From Callorhinchus milii (lineage: Eukaryota), in assembly GCF_018977255.1 (NCBI RefSeq), contig NW_024704743.1, forward strand, positions 54,314,001-54,378,000: 64,000 nt of DNA. The letters run 5' to 3'. Each line of letters opens with the position of its first letter. Positions within the stretch are counted from its first letter, which is position 1. This document shows, in pieces, positions 23,678 through 35,811 of this stretch. The position numbers and the translations under genes are program-made. The notes below the pieces were generated by a model. It searched no databases, was not told the DNA's origin, and saw only the letters and a list, made by a program, of their open reading frames with translations.

Positions 23678-24340
23678 ATCAACATTTTCCCTTTATATAG
23701 TGCCCTTCACATGAGTAGTTTCTCAGAGTGCTTAATAGTGGCAGAGCTTAATGCCGTGCCAGGGAGAGAGGAGGTGTCCGTAGGCATGGTCAAAGAGGAA
23801 GGTCTTCTGGTGTGATCTGAAGATGGGAAATGAGGGGACAAGCGAAGGGATTGAGTCAGGGAATTTGGGGATGGAAAGCAATGCTACATTGTGAAGCAAA
23901 GGGGATGAGGGATGAGCAGAAGGCCTAAGTTGGCTAAGTGAAGGGAATGGGTAGAGGAGTTGGTGGTGGGTGCGGTGGGAGGGTGGGTGGTAAGTGGATT
24001 GTAAAGGGAGGTGGTGCTAGGGCATAGAATGATTTGTAATTGAGTGTGAGGATCCTGAAACCAATCTGTTTTGCAATAGGGAGCCAGTGGAGGTTGACTT
24101 CCTGTTTCAGAACAGGAGTTGCTGAACTCCCTGCCTCAATCCCTCCGCTTGCCCCCTCCTTGACCATCTTCAGATCACATCTGAAGACCTTCTGCTCTGA
24201 CCAAGCCTATTGGGTGATTGGGGTGCGGAGTTTGGTACAGGTGAGGATTTGAGTGGCAGAGTTTTGAATTAATTGGATTTTATGAGTGGTGGAGCTGGGG
24301 AGACCAGCAAGCAGAGTATTGGAAATATCAAGGAGGGAGA
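23678..24340 (-). mobile_element. L2 fragments (minus) with a short plus-strand L2 piece at about 24120-24207
   Basis: Minus-strand LHWLPIAKQIGFRILTLNYKSF and LLAGLPSSTTHKIQLIQNSATQILTCTKLRTPIT are L2 ORF2 motifs. Confidence 0.8.
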
Positions 24341-25440
24341 TGTATACTATAAAGTGATTGTGTACTTTGTATGTGAATGTAGCAGCTAATTTGAATACAG
24401 TACTATCCCACAAATAGGTGAGATGAAGTAATGTTTGGAGCAACCTTTCTCTCTAAGGCAATGTTGAGCTTTATGATTAAAATATCATCTGCAGACATAG
24501 TCAACTTTCACATGTGTGCAGTTGATCTACTTTTCTTCCTGTAGCCGTAACCCCAGATCTACCTGTCCACCTGCTTATACGATGTTCTGTCCTTCCAACA
24601 CCTCAGGACGTCCTCCCGACAGGAAAGGCACAAAATAAATGTAATTTGTTATTATTGTTGTAATCGGTCACTGGAGGCTATTTTCCAGTGTCTGCCAGCA
24701 TTGAAAATGTATTATCTGCAACTGAAAATTAATCAGATGGAAGTCATCCTCCTAGGCTCTTACCAGTGTATTCTCACCTATGTCTCCAAAAAGTTCCCCG
24801 GCCTATCCCTCAGATACTACATTAAGTGTGCTGCATAAAAGAAGCTGCTGTTGTTGTCAGTAAACTCATAATGTACCTGTCTTTGCATGCACATTTTAAA
24901 ATAATACAAATAATAATCCTTGCATTTGAGATAATCACACTGTGGAAACATCCCAAAGACCCACATCTTCTGTCTGTCTTCACTAATAGGGAAGGCATTC
25001 AACACAACCTGATTTTGTTTCCCCCCACGTCCCACTGCAAGTATTTTGTTGAGCATTGGATGCACTTAAGGCTTTTCATTGATTCAATGAAAGAGCGTTG
25101 TCTACTGGCTGGCTGCCAGTCTTACCTAATTGGTTCCTCCAGGAGGAAACAAATAGGTACCCTTTGAGTAGCTGGGTCAGGTTAGTAACCTGGATGAATC
25201 TCTTCACATGCAACTGGGATCAAAATTGCCCATTTTCTATGAAGAAAATCAACTCGGCTTTGAATCTCTTGCCCCATGCAGTGGAAATGTCTTGTACTTG
25301 GAATTGGGAAAGAAATGCAGCTAATGCTGCCAAATAGCAATAAATTCAGAGACATTTGAGGTCAATTTGTATCTGGCTGAGGTGAGTGTAATTTGTGCTG
25401 ACACAAAGTGCTATTTGATCCTAGTGTGTAAGTTTGTGTT

Positions 25441-25778
25441 ATAATACTAATCCGTGCATTTGATATTGCTCCTCTCAAAGCTCCTCACAGATAATATTGT
25501 AAACTGTATTTTGTGGACGAAATGCGGTAGCCAATTACATGCAGCAGTATCCCATTAACAGTTGTGCATTGAGAGACCACATTTTTTTTGGGGGGTGGGA
25601 TTATTACCCCTGAAAAGTGATCTGCGAATTGACGAACAACCTGGTTCCTACTTACTGCTAGGTAAACAGAAGCATATGGCATAACGAAACTTGCCTAAGG
25701 TTTTTACCTGCCTGGGAATCGAACCCGGGTCCTCTCACTTGCGAGATGAGTGCATTAACTACTATGGTACAGGATTCC
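25441..25778 (-). mobile_element. Older long-subfamily tRNA SINE
   Basis: Contains the central cttactgctaggtaaacagaagc and a B box (rc of ggaatcgaacccggg). Confidence 0.85.
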
Positions 25779-26062
25779 ACATTTGGAAGGTTTGTGCAAG
25801 TTCCTGCATCAATTGTATTTTAAACTTCCAGCTGGCCTGGCCATGAGAGACACAAAGATTTCATCTTTTGGCCATTGACTTAATTCTGAAAAAATTGGAA
25901 AATTTCTTGATTTCAATTTTAAATTGGAATCCACTGCTTTTTAAGAACTGCATTTAACTCTTTCCCAAATTAAGAATTATCCAAGATTCTGCAAGATTTT
26001 ACATTTTAAAGCAATTTTAAGATTAAGTTTATGAGAAATATTTGGGATCCAGTATTGTGAAG

Positions 26063-26376
26063 ATAATAATAATAATCCTTGCATTTGATATAGCGCTTTC
26101 ACGTCGGGAGGACGTCCCAAAGTGCTTCACAGAACACACTGTAAAGTGAATTGACTGTATATTTGTGGGCGAACGCGGCAGCCAATTGCGCACAGCAATG
26201 TCCCACAAACAGTCGTAGATTAAAAATGACCAATTTATTATTGTTTTTTGTTTTGGAGGGATTATTATTAGGTGTGTGTAGTAAGGAAACTTGCCCAAGG
26301 TTTCGCCCTGCCTGGAATTGAACCCAGGTGTCTTGCTTGCAAGGCGAGTGCTCTAACCACTGAGCTACAGGACTCC
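26063..26376 (-). mobile_element. Young short-subfamily SINE, full length
   Basis: Reverse complement of 13295-13610. Confidence 0.95.
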
Positions 26377-27241
26377 ACATTTCATGGGAGGCCAAACGGT
26401 TACATTGCTTATAAAGTACTCTGTGATGCATGTATCCCCAGTATACTGGGCATAATGAGATCTAACAGAATCTGAATCCATGAAAAAAACTTTGTGCTCT
26501 GTTACTGTGAAGAGCTCTAGGATGCTACCCTACGTGAGGGGCACTATATAAATGCAGGTTTTGTTGTTTTGTATATCTTTATAGTGGGATTTCTTATGGT
26601 AAAACCTTTTGCAGGAGAAGTGCTAATTTTATTGTTTTGCAAATGTTACAACCCAACAACTGCAATTGAAAATTGTTGAAAAATTACATTAACTACAAGT
26701 AGATCTGGTTAAATATACCATTTTGCACTATGTTGGAGAGGTTAAAAATCAGTGTTCGGATATATTACTTTTCCCATCATTGAATGTCCGGTTTGGCATC
26801 AGAAACATCCTAACAGAGATCACAGGGTGATGTTATAGCTAGTGATTGACCAACTTAATAAACAGGTCTATTACTCTATTGTATAATTTAATAATCTGTG
26901 ACTATATGGTTTTGGTGCCTTTACCACTAAACCAATGTTGGTACTTTCTATGTTGTATTTACTCATTACTTGTAATAAATACGGTACTTTGCAGAAGTAA
27001 TAAAAAATATTCTTCTATAAATATGAAAGCCATTAAGGTCTTTCTTACAACTGAAACAATATGCTATCACTGACACATTTATTCCGTGAATAAAATGATG
27101 TATTTTAAAGAACATCCTGGAACACAATGATCCTGTTTATATTAAAGGGAGACAAAGTCTACTAAATTGCCTCTTAATAGAAATGATATAAAGTGGGGTT
27201 TTTTTCACGTCATTATCTTGCATTATAGTTTATACATTATT

Positions 27242-27478
27242 GGGGTCTAATTTGCAGTTTGGGGTAGCAATCCATGTGCAAAATTTGTGGGTTGGGTTAA
27301 CCATGTGCAAATGGAGGGAATTAATTATGTAATGAGCAAGTAATCAAAGAAGATTACAGGTGATTCTGTAAACCTTTACATTGGATGGTTATTGCACAAT
27401 TAAGGGTAACTTGTACTGTGAACCTGATAAACATGATATTTTGCATACTGGATATTAACCCAACCCTCAAATTAGATC
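27242..27478. mobile_element. MITE-like element with about 40-bp imperfect terminal inverted repeats
   Basis: Left ggtctaatttgcagtttggggtagcaatccatgtgcaaaat versus right (rc) gatctaatttgagggttgggttaatatccagtatgcaaaat. Confidence 0.65.
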
Positions 27479-27887
27479 ATAATATACTTTTTATGACAAC
27501 TTCTACAATTTCATTGCAAAAGTTGACCTTGAAAACAGAATTTAAATTAGATTTGAGTCGAAATGATTTAAGTGGGAGCACACTTTCTAATCCTCCTTGA
27601 GGACATGTGTCCACAAGAACATGTGATTCAAATCATCACAGTATAATGTGAATTCATTCAACCTCAACTCAAAATTAGTCCCACAGAAAAGTCGGTTACC
27701 TTTTTTGCTTAACTAAGCTAGACTGAACAAATAGTATAGTATAAGAGCTCCGAGGCACCGTCCAGCGTGAAGGGTGCTATATAAATGCAAGTTATTGTTA
27801 TGAAGCTCATAGAAGAGTTGCAGCCATTCAAAGGGTACAATTTCAAGTTAAGTTCTGACCATTCGCTCCATTCCGACGTACTCTCAC

Positions 27888-28013
27888 CTCTGCCCAGCTC
27901 GGGCTGAGGTTCTGTGACTGGGTCCAGCCAATTGAAAAATGACTCCACGGAAGAAGAAGGGTGTGTAATGGTCAGAGAAGAGTCGCAGCCCCGGGAAAAC
28001 ACAGGAAAGACAC
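27888..28013 (-). CDS. Candidate internal coding exon (126 nt, phase 1-1) of an unidentified large gene: (G)VFPVFSRGCDSSLTITHPSSSVESFFNWLDPVTEPQPELGR
   Basis: Minus strand reads ttgcttttccttatAG|gtgtc ... ggcagag|GTgagag. Length is a multiple of 3, open in phases 1 and 2, stop in phase 0. Locally CpG-rich against depleted flanks and not part of any repeat I recognise. Confidence 0.7.
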
Positions 28014-28489
28014 CTATAAGGAAAAGCAAGCACGTGCCACTGCAAATACAAATTCATTTTTCAGCAGCATTTCTACATTGAATAATTTAGCTCCTAATTT
28101 CTGTGCCATACTTTTCAGCAATAAGTAGTGAATTATCTGGCCATTAAGTCTGAAAAATTACAGAAAAATATGTTGACCAACGTAAATTGTAGTGCAGACA
28201 AATTGTGTGACTGAGTGGGGCTTAAATTAAAATGAAGGACACACGAGGTGATTACAGCACAAGCTGAGAGAGAACTGTGCACTTTAATGAGTTCAGAGCA
28301 ATTTATCTCAATCCCCTGTGTTCATATTATAAAAATGTTTCAGATAGAAGTGGTTCAGTAATATCCTGACCTCTCCTGGGGCAAGGCAGCTTCTGAAACA
28401 TTGGCTTCAATACACAGTCAGCCAGTGTGAGTGCAAGCTTGTTTCAAAGTGACGTTCATAGCTTCCTTCTCTGGCTGCCAAATCTTCTG

Positions 28490-28810
28490 TTTGGAATTAG
28501 CTGTTCTGTGTATGGACAGCAGTGAGTGAGGTGCTGCAATTGACCTCAACCTTGCCCCTCTCTCCACTAGCCTGCGATTAGAGAGAGGAAAATCTGCCAG
28601 GCTTCTTATTGCTGATCACTATCCAGCAAACCCTGCTGGAAGATGCATGTGTGTGGGTGTTAGATGAAGCAGTTTTGGGTTCAGCTTTAGTGTCCCAGCT
28701 ATCAAATAGTCCGCAAACACTAACTGCGTGGCTCTCAAGTGACTAACAGCCACTTATGTAGGGTATTGGAGGATGAATGTCATCGTGGCATCCAAACCCC
28801 AGTAGAAGGA
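28490..28810 (+). mobile_element. Ancient SINE-like repeat (LF-SINE-like)
   Basis: gctgatcactatccagcaaaccctgctggaag motif shared with 33165-33380 and 58381-58633/59420-59590. Confidence 0.55.
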
Positions 28811-31086
28811 AAAAATAAGTCAAACATTTAATTTGAAGCGAGAAGAGGTAGGGGAGAAAATTTGGTGGAGAAATTTGATGGAGAAAACAATTCTAAAACA
28901 GAGAGTTTGAAACAAAACATGTTTCCAAATGCTTTCACAATATTATATTTTACCAATGTAAAAGCCACAGGTACAACAACAATAAAACACGGTACATCCT
29001 GGATCCCACTATATAAATCAGGATATCTCAATGATCTTAAGGCTAAGACCATGGGTGTTTCGCCTCAAGTGTTAATCTTAAGGATCTTGAGGGTCTCTAA
29101 GCCTTGGCTCTTGCCAACCTGCACCTAATACTCTCCAGAATTAGATAAGCGGGTTGTGTCCCTCCAGAGAGAGAGTGCACATCCCATTCTAAACATGGGA
29201 GGCATAGTCCATGTATAGTTGCAATGCATGGAGCTCTCAGTTTGGTTTGGAGACTCCTAAACACTAATGGGCTTCTGTATGTGTCAGGCACCTGGCTCAT
29301 CAAACAAAGTGTTAAATCTGTGCCCATGACACCTTGTGTTGACACAATAATTGAAATACTATTCATATAAAGATTACTGTAGATGTCTGGAATTCATATG
29401 TCTGTCACCAGGAGCCAACATGTGCAGCAGAGGAATACAACTTAAGTAAGATGCTGTTTAACTTCTAAACACTTTATTTTTTTGTTGATTAGCAGATCAA
29501 AGCAGTTTTTGTTATCTTTATTCACACAAGCTTCTTTCATCTACCATTTATCCAGCTAGTAGTTTTTCTCTGCTTTGCAGCATCTGGATTGCACAATGAC
29601 TGTCCATACTGGACCGGCAAAGCCAAACTTGCAAGAATCTGAATCATCAGCAGGCAATCCGCAGTGTCTGTCTGCCACAGCACACAATAAGCAAACCAGC
29701 ACTCCTGTGTGCTGCAAACATCAAGTGGAGGCTGATCAAACACTTCCTTAGAACAATATTAATATATCTGGTTGCTTTTTCTTGCAATATTTGTCTTTTG
29801 TTTTGAGATCATATTTACTCATTCCAGCCTTCAGCTGCCTAGGTCCTGTACTTCATCCTACACTTTTCTTGCAAATGGCAGGCTTTGTTTTATATTTCTC
29901 ATCATTTCCAAACCAGCAGGAGGTTTTATTAACCAAAATGGAAAAAAATGGGAGCAGAGTTAGTTGGTGAAATAATCATTTGTAAACTTTAATAAGTGGA
30001 TTTACGCCACTGACAAGCCACATTGGTGAGAAATCTCTGATGACCCCCCTTACCCCGCATCCATTTATCTACTAGTACTGTCCACGAATAGATTTCTGCT
30101 GTATGATTTATTGCAGAACAAATGTCACATAGGAATGGGCTTTTGATAAAACTGTTCAAGGGTTCCTGGCCAATAAATCCTAACCTATCTACCTGAGTTG
30201 TAAGCTATTTCACTAGTACTACTTTATTAATAATGCATGCCAGCTTTGACAATAAACCTATTTATTAAAAACTTTCTTTTTTTAAAGAGATATCCCAGAG
30301 ACTTTAGCACTATTGATTAACACAAGCGGAATCTGTCTCACCACTTTAAGCACTGTACCATAAATATGTTGAACAGCTAACGCCCTGGTAAAATAATTTG
30401 ATGTGTTTTTAATATCTGCTCTTAGGGCTGATTCAAAATCATTCCATTAGAAATGTGATCTGTGGCACTAAAAAGTGCTATTAAAGTAATCTGGAAGCAA
30501 ATCTTAAGCATAATTCAGTTGCATCTTTCTTAATATAACAATTGGCATATTAACAAAAATAGATGTTAAGCTGTCATATCCCATGGCTGTAAATAAATTA
30601 TTCGTTTTAATAACATCCCAACTGGAGCTGAAGCAGTCTACCTACTAAACTATTCCTCTTTAGTGCCACACATGAAGATTTCATTCAGGGCTCGCCCGAC
30701 AGTCTAATGGGTAAAGGCAACTCCCAGTCCAACACTCGGCAATACAGACCAGAAGGTTACATGCTTGAATTCCAGTCTGGTTTCTGGTCAGCAGGTGTCT
30801 GACACATGCAGAAACCCATCACCCTGTTGAAGAGTATCCAAGCCAGCTTGAGAGTTCCATAAGTGATGCCACGTACACATGGATATGTGGGATGCACCCT
30901 GCTTACCTACTTCTGGAATGTATTCAGGGCAAGTTGGCAAGACCCAAGGTTTGAGGATGCCAGATAGTGTGTTGGGATACTGCAGGAGTTTAACCTAAAA
31001 CCACATAGCTTGTCATTGAGAGTGTTATCTGGCAAACTTCCCATGCTCTCCTACATTTCTGCAGCATCGCCCACACCTCTGTCACT

Positions 31087-31788
31087 ATAATAATAACCCT
31101 TGCTTTTGATAGAGCGCTTTATCACATCTTAGAGGCGTCTCGAAGCACTTCATAGAATATGCTGTAAAGTGAATTAACTGTATATTTTGCGCATGAAATA
31201 CAGCAGCCAATCGTGCACAGAAGTGTCCCACAAACAGTTGTGGATTGAGTGATCAAATTATTATTATTTTTTTAAAGCATTATTACCCATGGAAAAGCGA
31301 TCCACCAATCAACTAACAACAGGGTTCCTACTTACTGGTGGAGGTGGAGTCCTGTAGCTCAGTGGTTAGAGCACTCGCTTTGCAAGTGAGAGACCTGAGT
31401 TCAATTCCAGGTCAGGGCGAAACCTTGGGCAAGTTTCTTTACTCCACACGCCTAATAATAATCCCTCCAAAACCAAAAACAATAATAAATTGGCCATTTT
31501 CAATCTACGACTGTTTGTGGGACATTGCTGTGCGCAATTGGCTGCCGCGTTCGCCCACAAATATACAGTCAATTCACTTTACAGTGTGTTCTGTGAAGCG
31601 CTTTGGGACTTCCTCCCGACGTGAAAAGCGCTATATCAAATGCAAGGATTATTATTATTACTAGGTAATAAAGGTAAACAGAGGCATGTGGAGTAAGGAA
31701 ACTTGCCCAATGTTCGCCCTGTCCGGGAATCAAACCCAGGTCTCTCGCTTGTGAGGCGAGTGCTCTAACCACTGAGCTGGAGGACTCC
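31087..31788 (-). mobile_element. Older long-subfamily SINE split by a younger antisense SINE
   Basis: 31087-31337 and 31661-31788 rejoin to match 25441-25778 across cttactg|ctaggtaaacag. Confidence 0.88.
31346..31660 (+). mobile_element. Young short-subfamily SINE, full length, nested
   Basis: Near-identical to 13295-13610. Confidence 0.95.
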
Positions 31789-32204
31789 TGAGCTAAATAT
31801 ACAGAGGGTGAGTCCAATGCCTTACTGCTTGGCTTTTCCAGCTCTTTCCGCCAGAAGTTCCATAGCATACAGAGCTCCACAGTGTTTCCCTAATTTCCTC
31901 TCTACTTCCAAATTCTGCCTAATCACTTTTGACAGCACTTTCAGATAGCTTCCCTCCACCCACCACTCCCGGTTCCCTCAGTCTTTTTTCGGAAAGTGTT
32001 TCCACTTGTCCAAAAAAGAGAAGTGAAAGGTGCTACAGTCTTACCATCTATGGAAACACTGCAGGGACTGAGTGGATTTTGTCAACATAAGTGGGTTTTG
32101 GGATAAATGAATGTATGCATGCACATTCATTGTGGTTAAAGCATATATTGACTGGAATGAAATAGAAAATAGATTTGAAAATGCTGGAGAATATTTTAGG
32201 AAAA

Positions 32205-32392
32205 AAAATAATTATAATAATTTGGTCACTCAACCCATGACTGTTTATAGGACACTGCTGTGCCCAATTGGCTGCCACATTTCACCCACAAAATACACAG
32301 TCAATCCCCTTTACAATACGTTCTGAGAAGTGCTTTGAGATGTCTCAATGATGCGATAAAGTGCTGTATCAAATGCAAAAATTATTATTATT
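32205..32392 (+). mobile_element. SINE 3' fragment
   Basis: gactgtttataggacactgctgtgcccaattggctgcc...atcaaatgcaaaaattattatt. Confidence 0.8.
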
Positions 32393-33164
32393 TACATGTA
32401 TTTCATATATATTGCTGCAATTAGAAACATTTATTCACATGTATTAGATATAAAATCCTGTAATTAGAATTGCTGTACTCTTTAAAAAGAGTACACTGTC
32501 TCATATGCAACAATTGTTCTTTTTGGATTAGCACTTCTAGCTTGTTGAATACTTACTTGCTTTGTCCATTTCTTTCAATCGCTCAGATTGCGCAAGATTT
32601 ATCCTCCAGTCTTTCCAAATCAAGTTTCCATTTCATTCCAGTTGTGGTATCCATTGTGGTTCAACAGTAAACACTCACAACATGTCTACTTTATAGGCCT
32701 AACACCCTCCTGTGTCGCACTCACGCACCATACTTACTGCACATGCAACAGTGATTCACTCTCCCGTTCACTGACTCATGTGTCACATATGAGGATAAAG
32801 GCCTGCTGACAAAGCTATGAGAACACAATGTACTTAATGCTGATAGGAACTTGAAAAACTTGTTGATATAGGCATGAAGAAATTTATGTCAACATCGACA
32901 TATAGTAAGTTTATCGTGTTCCTATACAGGGGAGGGACTGGGATTTAAATTTTGTTGTTGACATGCATGGGATAGCGGTATAAATGGGTTTGAGATAAGT
33001 GGGTAGCACTGTATGTAAATGTAAATGATTATTATTCGTGATACTGTGGTTGTCCAGCAAGGGCCATGCTACCATTAAGGACTTTGGCTTGGAAGGGTAA
33101 AAAGAGTCAAGTAGGCCTCAGTGACTGGTCTTTTCTATGTCTTTCCATCAAGCCAGGCAGGCGG

Positions 33165-33380
33165 TGTTGAGTTAACTGATCTCAGCTGGAGCCAGGAAGG
33201 GAAAAATGATCCAATGTTTCCGTTCCTGATGACTATCTAAAGACTCCTACTGGAAAGTGCTCAGTTGAGGATTTCAGGTGAGGGTAGGATTGTGTTCTGC
33301 TACGTGTTCCTCTCCCCACTTCCCAATCTGCTTGTTAACATCCACAGTCAAAATTCACACACGAATAACAGCCTCCTTCA
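33165..33380 (+). mobile_element. Ancient LF-SINE-like repeat fragment
   Basis: gagttaactgatctcagctgg...cctgatgactatctaaagactcctactggaaagtg is similar to 28490-28810. Confidence 0.5.
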
Positions 33381-35371
33381 CAAACAAAGTTATTCACAAA
33401 GTGGTCAATATTCCTCAGAGATTATAAAATACAGATGTTTAAAGACCTTTCAGAAATAACGCACTCACAAAACTACATGAGCAAGGGTGAGCTTTGCAGA
33501 ATTTTCTTTTGCTTTTAATGAAATTGCCACAGCGAATGAGGAATCAACTTGAACAATTTACATTTAAGTGGGGAGGATGCCTTTCACGTGGGGAGGATGC
33601 CTCAAAGTGCGTCATTGGATTTACTGTAAAGTGTAGAAACTTTGTATCTTTCAGGCGAATGTGTCCAAATCCCCTAAGGACATAGAGAATAACAGACCCA
33701 GAGTATTTGTGAATGAGGTATTTATCTATTTAATAATAATCTTTGTTTGATTTAGCGCCTTAGTACGACTTCAAAATGTTTCAAAGTGATTCACAGAATT
33801 TTAGTGTAAAGCGTATATTTGCAGGTGAACACGGCAGACAATTTGTGTGCAGAAGTGTTCCTCAATTAGTTATGGATTAAATGAGCAATGTTTTTTCTAA
33901 GAAATGTTTATACAGAATGGATAATTTTGGTTGCAGAGAAGGGCTCTCAAATCAACACTGGAATTTAAATGGCGGAATTCCTCCTTGATGAATAGAGAAT
34001 TTCACCTATAGTGTTTCACCTATTTCTGGACAAAACAGAGGCAGAATGTGGTAATTACTGAAAATCGGGAAATTCTCGCACAAGGAATATTTCATGTATC
34101 TCAAGGCTGCCAGTACTTTCGGAGAAAATTAATTTTGCAAAGCAAGATTCTCTTCAGTGACCTATTTAAATTTTTTCCTGATTCATCTCTGCCAACCAAC
34201 ATTACTGTCAGGCAATGGGATTTTCTGTTCCAAAGCCTGCTGCTGTCCCAGGTTGGCATTTGTCAGTTCATTTTACTTTATTCTGTGTTACAAGTTAACC
34301 CTATAGGACTGTCACTTTCCATTTGCGTGGCGCTTTGAATGGGGCTGTGTGAGTCAGCTACAGATGGAATATTGTATATTCACAGGCATTTTTACAGGTG
34401 GTTGCGTCTCTAAATTGTGACTGAAGATGAGATTGTGAGATTGACGCACGCGGTTGATCATTTACATTCTCCTGGTGACTTTCAGCTACATTTTATACAT
34501 GACATTCACTAGATCCTTGGTGCCTTCCTTGGTCCATTTCTTTATGCTGATTGTGTATTTAACAGTATAATATCATGTTAATCTTCTTTTTTGAAAGGGC
34601 TCTGGCATTCATTATATTCTTCTTTCACTTCAGATGAGTATTGGATCTAACATGCCATTTGTCACAGTTCTTACCTGTTAGAGGAAAGCCCAGAGACAGC
34701 AGTACCCTTCCTCAGTACTGTAATTGCTGGTAGTGTTATATAAATGTAGCATTAGGAACACCAGCCTCTCTTTGCATTTAATATAATAGTTAATTTATGT
34801 AGAACACTTAAATATTTATTTAATATAAATAATATTTAATTTACAGTCAAGGCCCCAGGTTTGACATATTTACTTTATTAAATACAAATAAATATAATAT
34901 AAACAGTACTCCACATAATATTTAAAATAAACCTGACATTTGGTATAGTGGATGTTTTAAAATTCTTCACAGGATTCACGGTAAAGTTTAATGATTGTTG
35001 TGCACTTTGATAGGTGAACCCAACATCCAATTTGTGCACAGCAATGTCCCATGAATAGTCATGAATTGAATAATCAATTTCATCTGGGAACTGTTGATTG
35101 GGAGACTGGGAGAAATTCCTTTCTATTTTTGAATATCATCAACAACAACTTGCTTATATTTCACCCTTCATGTAGGATTATGTCACAGTGCAGGGTCAGA
35201 TAGTGACTATGGTGGGTGACCATAGGCACGGTCAAACAAGTAGGGTTAAAGGCAGGATTTAAAGACAGATATTTGCTCACAAATTACAGTGTTTCGCTCA
35301 CAAAATAGAGTTAATCCATTTTATAATACATCCTGTGAAGCGCTGTGTGTTGTCTGACATGAAAGGCGCTA

Positions 35372-35811
35372 CAGTAAAGCTTCCATAAGTCTGATCTGTA
35401 TAAATCATATAATTGCCTAAGTCGTACATCTGTTCAAGTCCTGTTTAATTTCCTAATGAGTCCACTTAAATTTATATGCACTAGTTGTGTTAACCACCGC
35501 GTAACTCGCAATGCTGCTACCACACTAAATGGCTGCCAGGTATAAACTTTGTTTCTCATGCCTTCCTCAAACGGAACACCATGCACGAGCACCCCACTCT
35601 CTCTGCTCCCTCCCTCTTGGGGCCTAACATTAATGCTATAGCACACAGCAGGGTGTGTATTTGTTATGCCTTAGTCATATAAATCCGACCTATACATAAA
35701 TTTACATATGTCATATATGATACAATTTATGCAAATTTGCCCTGACTCATACTTTGCATGTCATATTAAATGCTATAATCCCGACTGATACATCATATGT
35801 GAGTTTCACTG
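35372..35811. mobile_element. Tc1/mariner-superfamily (Tigger/pogo-like) non-autonomous element, 440 bp, TA target duplication
   Basis: TA|cagtaaagcttccata ... tatgtgagtttcactg|TA. It splits a SINE tail exactly at its TA (gaaaggcgcTA ... TAtatcacatgcaaggattatt). Confidence 0.8.

Noticed and set aside
30908..30980. Possible minus-strand exon YPNTLSGILKPWVLPTCPEYIPEV ending at tag|gtaagc
   Set aside because: Weak acceptor, and it lies in a region (about 30690-31020) that looks like a decayed SINE-like repeat.
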